From Deltaproteobacteria bacterium (lineage in GTDB: Bacteria; Bdellovibrionota; JACOXK01; 2-02-FULL-40-11): DNA of 41,696 nucleotides. The stretch is from NCBI GenBank assembly GCA_023248265.1, contig JAHFEZ010000003.1:1-41696 (forward strand). The letters run 5' to 3'. This document shows positions 35,917 to 41,696 of the stretch, one piece after another. Below the pieces are notes generated by a model that was not told the origin of the DNA, searched no databases, and saw nothing but the letters and a program-made list of their open reading frames with translations. A program made the position numbers and the translations under genes. The stretch's first letter is position 1. The number at the start of each line of letters is the position of its first letter.

Positions 35917-36172
35917 GGAAAATAAGATACGCGCCAAACGCAATCATGGAAAATCCAACAGCATATTTCAGAGTAAAGGCTTCCTTGAGATACACCACAG
36001 AAAAAATTCCAAAAGCCATTAAAGAAATGACCTCTTGAATGGTTTTGAGTTGAGCGGCTGAAAAAGAACCATGCGTAATACAATCGTTTTCATATTGATT
36101 GATATCAAGGGAGAGAAGAAAGTCCATCCGCAGGATCAGCGGTCGAATCACCAGAACCGGTAGCCTCAACAT
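35909..36172 (-). pseudogene. DUF486 (DMT-superfamily small membrane protein) C-terminal fragment
   Basis: Only the C-terminal half is recognisable (FSAAQLKTIQEVISLMAFGIFSVVYLKEAF...AFGAYLIFQK). The first ~50 aa and two TM helices of the ~110-aa family are absent. The 5' end of the ORF runs into the preceding gene. Confidence 0.6.
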
Positions 36173-36839
36173 CAGCTTCTAGACCGGCTTCAGTTTCTCC
36201 CACTGGGGCAGCCGTACTTGTGCCATATTCAGTTCCAAGGGTGGCCGTTTCAACATGGGTTGTATTTTCACTAACATCCACTAATAAACCTGCATCTGAA
36301 GTCAATTCTTGATTAACCGGATCCGTACTAGCAGTTGCTTCTGCATCCAGGAGGGCCCCACCTGCATTAGGATTAATAGCCAAATTGGCATCTGCATTGA
36401 TATTATCTTCACTTAAGTTTACATCTGCGCCCACTGTAATAATACTTGTATCCGTACTGCCGCTTTCTATAGTTTCTGGGGGCGTTGTCGGTGTTTCTGG
36501 AATAGTTTCTGTTGGAACGGTTTCTAAGGGTATCTCTGTATGCGGAGCACTGGTTTCACTTTTATTCGTTTCTAAATTTGCACCGCCACCAGTTTGATTT
36601 CCAGTATTTATTTGTGGGCTTAATTCTTTTCCAGGAATTTTAGAAGTTTGATTTATCCCTGCACCACTTTTCGGGGAAAGAATATGACTGCCTTGTTTCA
36701 TTCCTCCAATAGCCAAATCCACAGCCATTTCTCTGAAATCCACTTTATTTTTATCCGCAAAAACAGGCCCATTTATTTTTAAAATAGAAGCGCAAACCAA
36801 CAACATAATGATTTTAGACTTACGATGCTGTTGTTTCAT
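36105..36839 (-). CDS. Secreted acidic low-complexity (T/E/P/A/G-rich) protein
   Basis: 244-aa ORF. Signal peptide ...INGPVFA|DKN. PT-rich linker TVPTETIPETPTTPPETIE. Degenerate ADVN/ADAN/EADVEA repeats. ATGA overlap with the upstream TPR-barrel gene. Confidence 0.7.
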   Translation of the reverse strand: MKQQHRKSKIIMLLVCASILKINGPVFADKNKVDFREMAVDLAIGGMKQGSHILSPKSGAGINQTSKIPGKELSPQINTGNQTGGGANLETNKSETSAPHTEIPLETVPTETIPETPTTPPETIESGSTDTSIITVGADVNLSEDNINADANLAINPNAGGALLDAEATASTDPVNQELTSDAGLLVDVSENTTHVETATLGTEYGTSTAAPVGETEAGLEADVEATGSGDSTADPADGLSSLP

Positions 36840-38212
36840 AAAGAAAAAATAACCTCCAACCCCACCATGTGTCGTTTACGATCAAAAAATCCACTATCAT
36901 TGTCAGACTTAATAAAACGATAGAATTGCCGTGTTCCAAAGTTTGGCCTCCAATGATACGTTAATGCCTGATAAAAATCCAAACGCTTGTCGCGTCGTTC
37001 CGTAAGATCGAGCGTTGAAAGAGAAGAAAATTCTGGGTAAGTCCCATAATCAAAACCCATTGAAATATCCGAATCTACATGACCCAAAAAATCCAAAAGT
37101 GAGTGAACTCCCAAACGAGTTAACGATCCCACTCGATCAAAATTATCCCCTCGTGTTTGCGCAAAGCTCCCCTCCTGCTTTAAGAAAAAATAAGTCGTAA
37201 ATTTCGCTGTTGTATAAAAATACTGTACTAGTCCCAAGCCTCCACGATAACCATCACGAGAAGTTGCAGATGGATTAGAGCCATCGGGTCCATAGTTTGA
37301 ATAGGAAAATCGTGTATAAAAATGGGTTCTTGTTTTATGCCAAAAAGAAGTATTCGCACTTAGAAGAAAACGATTGATTACCGAGAAAAGATCACTTCTC
37401 AAGAAATTAACTTTTAAATCATATCTTCCACCTAAGAGAACCGCTCGATGCCCCAGAAATGTTCTTTTTTTAACATCCAAAGCAAAACCTTGAGAAGAAA
37501 AATTAACTTGATCAGTCCCTCCATCATGAAGCATTCCTTCCCCTATATAAATAGTATCAAATCGAAAGTCCCTTTTTAAAATCCAAGGATACCCTAAGCT
37601 AAAATCGATGGGAAAATCTGCGCCAGCGGTTCTAGAGGTTGATATCAAATTCTTGTTGTCAGGAATAAGCAAAGGATTGCTATCATAAACTGCTCCAATT
37701 TTTCCTATGAAATAGGGCTTCTTTCTGACCTGCCTAGCAAGCTTTTCTCTCGTTTGACGAAGACGGGTTAGCTGCGCCTGAGCCCAGTGGCGATACTCTT
37801 CTGAGTGACTGTTTTTAATAACCCAATTAAGCTCTCTTGAGGCCTCTTCAAATTTCTCACCGCGACCATAGGCCAACCCCAAGAAAAGATGCGTTGGCAC
37901 ATGATTAGGATTTTGAGATAAAATCTGTTGATAGCCAGAAATGGCAGCATCATGATTTCCTAACTTATCTAAAGTCAGCGCACGATAACGCAAAATTAAA
38001 GAATCGTGAGGATATTTTTTAAGTAACCCTTCTAAAACATCGAGCGCTTTATTAAACTCCCCCTTTTTAAAATATCGACTGAAATCACTGGCAATAAACT
38101 CTTTAGAAGAAATAAGAGATATTTTTTCTTTTGAAAACACGGTAGAGTTTTGAAAAAAAACACTCACCCAAAGAAAAATAAAAATGACTAGGATTAATAA
38201 TTTCAATTTCAA
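36836..38212 (-). CDS. Outer-membrane protein with N-terminal TPR domain and C-terminal beta-barrel (Slam/DUF560-like architecture)
   Basis: 458-aa ORF with a TTG start. Signal peptide. ~130 aa of TPR repeats (ALDVLEGLLKKYPHDS...GNHDAAISGYQQILSQNPNH...GEKFEEASRELNWVI). These are followed by ~290 aa of alternating beta-strand pattern rich in Y/F/G/R/D. Confidence 0.7.
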   Translation of the reverse strand: MKLKLLILVIFIFLWVSVFFQNSTVFSKEKISLISSKEFIASDFSRYFKKGEFNKALDVLEGLLKKYPHDSLILRYRALTLDKLGNHDAAISGYQQILSQNPNHVPTHLFLGLAYGRGEKFEEASRELNWVIKNSHSEEYRHWAQAQLTRLRQTREKLARQVRKKPYFIGKIGAVYDSNPLLIPDNKNLISTSRTAGADFPIDFSLGYPWILKRDFRFDTIYIGEGMLHDGGTDQVNFSSQGFALDVKKRTFLGHRAVLLGGRYDLKVNFLRSDLFSVINRFLLSANTSFWHKTRTHFYTRFSYSNYGPDGSNPSATSRDGYRGGLGLVQYFYTTAKFTTYFFLKQEGSFAQTRGDNFDRVGSLTRLGVHSLLDFLGHVDSDISMGFDYGTYPEFSSLSTLDLTERRDKRLDFYQALTYHWRPNFGTRQFYRFIKSDNDSGFFDRKRHMVGLEVIFSL

Positions 38213-38298
38213 AGAAGCTTTATCCTTTTAAAAGATATATTATAATGAGTGTACGGAAATTATTTATTAAAGTACAATGAAATTTTAGTTTAGATGCC

Positions 38299-38805
38299 TT
38301 ATTTTTTTAGAGTTAAAGTCTCAATCATCTCAGAAAAATCAGAATATCTTGCCGCTAAATCTTTGGAGATCTCAAGAGTAAAATCCTCAAATTCAAATCC
38401 AGGTGCCACCGTACAGCCAATAAGCGCATATGAAGCGGTCTTATTAAGCAGCCCCCCAAACCATGTTCCTTTAGGAATAAGAACCTGTGGCCTTTCTCCT
38501 TTTTCCAAATCCCTTCCCAAAGTTTGTATCTCCCCATCTCCATTTGGGTACAAAAGCAGTATCTCTACAGGGCCTCCATCATATAAATGAAAGATCTCGT
38601 CACTTTTTAATTTGTGCAAATAACTTTTAGGCTCTTCCTTTGTTAAAAGAAAATAGATCGCCGTAGAAGCCACTCTGGAGCCAGAATAATGATTAGAAAG
38701 ACCTTCTTTTGAAATCACAAGATCAGATCTATAGGTCTCTTTAAAATATCCTCCCTCTGGATGAGGTTCCAATTCTAAAGCCTTAATAATCTTTTCTTTA
38801 TTCAC
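38299..38805 (-). CDS. DUF985 cupin-family protein
   Basis: Start moved to GTG 38805 (GGAGG 7 nt upstream, GTGA overlap with the preceding stop). LEPHPEGGYFKETYRS is the DUF985 N-terminal signature. Confidence 0.82.
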   Translation of the reverse strand: MNKEKIIKALELEPHPEGGYFKETYRSDLVISKEGLSNHYSGSRVASTAIYFLLTKEEPKSYLHKLKSDEIFHLYDGGPVEILLLYPNGDGEIQTLGRDLEKGERPQVLIPKGTWFGGLLNKTASYALIGCTVAPGFEFEDFTLEISKDLAARYSDFSEMIETLTLKK

Positions 38806-39143
38806 TTTTGATCCTCCCACACAGAAATAGACTCCTTCGCCCATTTTAAAAGTTCCTCAGAATCTTCCATTATATCTCCCGGAACTTCAAAATAATTCTT
38901 TAATTTTTGATTGGCGCTGGGTTGAAAAGGTTTCATCCCCTGGTCTTTATATTTCTGAATAGTTCCCTCATTGGTTTTAAAATAAAGACGCCCATCATTA
39001 ATAATTCCGAAAAAAATATTATTGGAATAAAGACCAAAACTACTAAACATGGAACTTGCAGTCACTTCAGAAAGACCATTTAATTGATCGAGAATGAAAT
39101 CTTTAAAAGATCCGTCTTTTGGCATGTTCTTTTCATAGCACAA
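38802..39143 (-). CDS. TfoX N-terminal-domain protein
   Basis: 113-aa ORF. FKDFILDQL...SMFSSFGLYSNNIFFGIINDGRLYFKT pattern of the TfoX_N domain. Confidence 0.75.
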   Translation of the reverse strand: MCYEKNMPKDGSFKDFILDQLNGLSEVTASSMFSSFGLYSNNIFFGIINDGRLYFKTNEGTIQKYKDQGMKPFQPSANQKLKNYFEVPGDIMEDSEELLKWAKESISVWEDQK

Positions 39144-39217
39144 CAGAATAATTGTTCAAAGCGAGTTTTTCGTCGATAAATAAATTTAAGATATTTTAAA
39201 TCGAAGAAATGTCTGCA

Positions 39218-39796
39218 TTAACGTTGTTTTGTTGGGATTTGTGGAAAATCTATCGCCATGCCATTAAACAAAAATCTAAGAATTCCTTCCGGTGGCGACA
39301 CGAAATATGCATCGTAATCCATAGAAGATTTAATTTCTCTAATTTTCTCATCGAGCTTAAATCGAATTTCTTGCCTCAACCAATTAATATCAGGAATGCC
39401 AAATTTAAAAATAGTGGACATGTCGCTTAGCGTTCTTGGTTTTAAGCTAATGACCTTGGCATGACATCCCAATGAAGATAAAGCTTGATGGACATCCTTT
39501 AACGAAACGGCACAAACCTCACATTGATCTTGGGTCATAATAATATCAGGATTAAGTTTTTTTAAAAGCTCTTCATTAACTTGATAAATACTTAAAGCGT
39601 TTTGAAGTAATCGTCGCACATCTTTATCTATTTCATCGCTTCTTTTCGTTGGGTCAATAGAGCTAGTCGTCAGAACAGGCTTGTTTTTAATACTAGGTGG
39701 ATAATCACATTCATGGGAAATGCCAATAAGCTTGTCTTCCAGTCCAAGTGCACAAGCTATTTCAGTATTGCTAGCAAGTAATGAGGCTATTTTCAT
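39218..39796 (-). CDS. Signal-less, half-length periplasmic-binding-protein (BtuF/FecB class) homologue
   Basis: 192-aa ORF. IASLLASNTEIACALGLEDKLIGISHECDYPP...PDIIMTQDQCEVCAV matches the N-lobe of cytoplasmic cobalamin-binding-type PBP proteins. The sequence ends where the second lobe normally begins. 4-nt overlap with the upstream gene. Confidence 0.65.
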   Translation of the reverse strand: MKIASLLASNTEIACALGLEDKLIGISHECDYPPSIKNKPVLTTSSIDPTKRSDEIDKDVRRLLQNALSIYQVNEELLKKLNPDIIMTQDQCEVCAVSLKDVHQALSSLGCHAKVISLKPRTLSDMSTIFKFGIPDINWLRQEIRFKLDEKIREIKSSMDYDAYFVSPPEGILRFLFNGMAIDFPQIPTKQR

Positions 39797-41454
39797 GAGG
39801 TTGACTCCAAATGATGGTAAGGCGGATGTGTCATGAGCCGAATATCTTCGACAGCTCCTCCAATGGTAAAGTGATATAAACTTTGATAGGAATTGTCATT
39901 AACACCCAGTATTTCATGGACAGGATCATCAAAAAAACATCCAATGCCTGTACCCCGCACATCATGAGCTTCAGCTTCTAAATAAAGCACTTGTCCAATC
40001 ATTCCTGTTTCCCAAAAAAGAGTGCGATAGTTATGTGGAGCCTTTTTGATTTCTTTGTCAAATCTCGCAATCATACCAAGAGAAAAGCTACTATCACCTG
40101 CGATTTCTTGACCACAGCTCACAGAGGCAGCTATTTGTCTAAAATCACCTGTCTTTAACAAATATAATGGCAAGTATTCATGTATTTTTTTCCATTGAAA
40201 CTCTGAACTAGATTTCTCTTTTAATAGATTATATTCATTTGGATTTCGAACAAGAAAGTAAAGGCCTGGTTCCATACCCTCAACACGGTGCACAAATAAA
40301 AGCAGATGGATGGATATATCAAACAGACCGAGATCAAAGGGAGCACTTTGTTGCCTTGGGAGTGTTTTATCTAGCATAGCTAAAAATTGAGATTTTGAAA
40401 TTGTTGTTTTTCCATCAAATGCGACCGCGCTTCTTCTTTGGCGAATAACTTGTTCAGCAGAAAATTGGAATTCTTGAGGAAAATAAGGGTTAGCGTCCCA
40501 TTCAAAAGTTTTTGCTTCTGTTTTTGATTTTAAGGTTGCTTGAGAGACATCACCAATTGTATCCCAATCTAAATGATCTTTACTTAACTGATTAGGCGTC
40601 CCCTGAAATTTAATATCAGAGAAATAAGAAAGTGTTTCTGAAGGAAATGACAGGGGAATTTTTGAATTTTTATGACTGTGGACGAAGCATAAAAGATCAG
40701 GATGTTCTTCTTCATGCTCTATCCAAGAAACCTGATTAAATCCAAGAATGGTTCGAAGCTCTTTATCAGAGAGTGTATTTAAGTAAGTAACTTTCCAACC
40801 CCGTAGGTTTGCAGAAAAGCTCAATGCTGCTAATGCATGCCCTACATCGTGATGACAATATCGAAAAGCTCTTTCTCCATATTTCCACGCCTCTCGCCAG
40901 TAAATGCTGCTCAGCGCAATGAAGAAGCCTTTAGTTTTGTAATAACCTTCCATTTCAGTCCATACTATTTTGGATAACTCAGCTCTCCTTTCCAAGGCGT
41001 GATGAAAAGGGTCGTAGTGGAAAACACCCCCTGCATTTTCATTCATGTCAGGAAGTATTAAGTGAGCTTCGGTAGGATGAAGATTTCCACTCGAGGGGTT
41101 TATTCGAAGTGCCCATTTAGTTTCTGAAATAGATTTCCAAGCTGAAAGCCCCATTGAAAGCTCTAAAAATGCACCGATATGTTTTAATGAAAATTCATTT
41201 ATGTGGTTTCTGCTTCTCTCATACAACTCAATATACTTGGCAGGCTGTTTATCCTTTAAAAAAGGTAATTGTGTCGATGACGTTCCTTCATAAAAACGAA
41301 ATGGATGGGGCTGGGTATCCCAATCCATATATCCTGGCGCATGAGCATAGCGATAGTAGTGATGTTTGGTTCGCTCATGATATGCCAATGTTTGCTCGAT
41401 ATTTTTTTCTAAATGATTTTCCATGCTTGATCTTATATATAGCACCAATGTCAC
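39793..41454 (-). CDS. SagB-type dehydrogenase-domain / tandem nitroreductase-fold protein
   Basis: 553-aa ORF. YHERTKH...PGYMDWDTQPHPFRFYEG N-terminal motif and two nitroreductase-like halves. The start is either GTG 41454 or ATG 41424. Confidence 0.75.
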   Translation of the reverse strand: MTLVLYIRSSMENHLEKNIEQTLAYHERTKHHYYRYAHAPGYMDWDTQPHPFRFYEGTSSTQLPFLKDKQPAKYIELYERSRNHINEFSLKHIGAFLELSMGLSAWKSISETKWALRINPSSGNLHPTEAHLILPDMNENAGGVFHYDPFHHALERRAELSKIVWTEMEGYYKTKGFFIALSSIYWREAWKYGERAFRYCHHDVGHALAALSFSANLRGWKVTYLNTLSDKELRTILGFNQVSWIEHEEEHPDLLCFVHSHKNSKIPLSFPSETLSYFSDIKFQGTPNQLSKDHLDWDTIGDVSQATLKSKTEAKTFEWDANPYFPQEFQFSAEQVIRQRRSAVAFDGKTTISKSQFLAMLDKTLPRQQSAPFDLGLFDISIHLLLFVHRVEGMEPGLYFLVRNPNEYNLLKEKSSSEFQWKKIHEYLPLYLLKTGDFRQIAASVSCGQEIAGDSSFSLGMIARFDKEIKKAPHNYRTLFWETGMIGQVLYLEAEAHDVRGTGIGCFFDDPVHEILGVNDNSYQSLYHFTIGGAVEDIRLMTHPPYHHLESTS

Positions 41455-41520
41455 CTATCTATTGGGATTCTACACGAAAAAAAAGGGTCCCCCGAAGGAC
41501 TCATCGCGAACACTTCCTCC
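41451..41520 (-). promoter_or_regulatory. Candidate leader ORF (17 codons) containing a hairpin + T8
   Basis: Minus strand: GGAGG-11 nt-ATG AGT CCT TCG GGG GAC CCT TTT TTT TCG TGT AGA ATC CCA ATA GAT AGG TGA. Its TGA overlaps the GTG of the SagB-type ORF (GTGA). Codons 1-7 form GAGTCC-TTCGGG-GGACCC, followed by T8. Confidence 0.3.
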
Positions 41521-41662
41521 AAAAAATAGTTATCTTCTTGATATCACTGAGCATTCAAAAAATCCAGCCGCACCTGAGAAACAATTTTTGTTAGAAAAAT
41601 ACCTTAAAAATGGACAGCTTCGATACGTAAATACTCTTTACGAAAAATAATATATTTTTTCT

Positions 41663-41694
41663 GGGGGATTCCGAAAGGAGTCCCTCATTTTTTT
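41663..41694 (+). terminator. Plus-strand intrinsic-terminator-like hairpin at the window edge
   Basis: GGGGGATTCC-GAAA-GGAGTCCCTC: up to 10 bp including G-U pairs that form only in plus-strand RNA, with a GNRA-type loop. Followed by ATTTTTTT. Confidence 0.5.
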
Positions 41695-41696
41695 AC

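Noticed and set aside
41154-41650. Plus-strand ORFs of 146 aa and 75 aa, and the idea of a type I toxin-antitoxin locus between the two hairpins.
   Set aside because: Both ORFs largely overlap the SagB-type gene antisense or lack RBS and Met starts in the intergenic part. The small ORFs in 41503-41662 on either strand (6-18 codons) are not hydrophobic toxin-like.
1-41696. Search by eye for CRISPR arrays, rRNA, IS elements or transposases, integrases, phage structural genes and classic defence genes.
   Set aside because: None was found. The only regularly spaced repeats are the two 12-mers at 11578-11607 and the 163-bp duplication, and neither resembles a CRISPR array.

Overview
This is an AT-rich (by eye roughly 35-40% GC), gene-dense chromosomal segment from a diderm (Gram-negative) bacterium, with most genes on the minus strand. 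Outer-membrane barrels, lipoproteins and mtgA support the diderm call. The lineage cannot be assigned from sequence alone.

Recognisable core genes are lysA-lysC, a DUF47/PiT phosphate-transporter operon continuing into lemA and two TPM-domain genes, arfB-DUF885-mscS, add, pckA, a TIGR02757/DUF2400 gene, mpg, a glutaryl-CoA-dehydrogenase-like gene, copA, an MFS transporter, a K+-independent-type membrane pyrophosphatase, mtgA and two tRNA-Arg genes.

Accessory or unknown content includes:
- a LysR regulator and a HigBA-like toxin-antitoxin pair with a nested palindromic operator
- a cytoplasmic SAM methyltransferase
- a eukaryote-type GH15 glucoamylase with a divergent AraC regulator
- several small secreted proteins and a secreted transglutaminase-like module

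No rRNA, CRISPR array, transposase, integrase or phage genes were seen.

The observations I rank highest:
1. Two copies (14810-14933 minus, 29093-29218 plus) of a GC-rich, ~125-nt nested-palindrome element. The core is conserved in sequence, while the closing helix differs in sequence and is conserved only as pairing. I cannot assign it to a known RNA or repeat family. One copy supplies the last codons and stop of copA.
2. A Slam/T11SS-like two-gene module: a TPR plus beta-barrel outer-membrane protein, translationally coupled to an acidic, low-complexity secreted protein. It abuts a truncated DUF486 gene.
3. An envelope operon (secreted HEAT-repeat protein, beta-barrel, 766-aa EF-hand lipoprotein). 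Its promoter and signal-peptide module is duplicated 1230 bp away onto a class I SAM-methyltransferase, predicting an exported methyltransferase.
4. An operon with a tandem-nitroreductase SagB-type protein coupled to a half-length, signal-less periplasmic-binding-protein fold. It is preceded by a 17-codon uORF that contains a hairpin and a T8 run.

All functional calls come from reading motifs by eye. No database search was possible.
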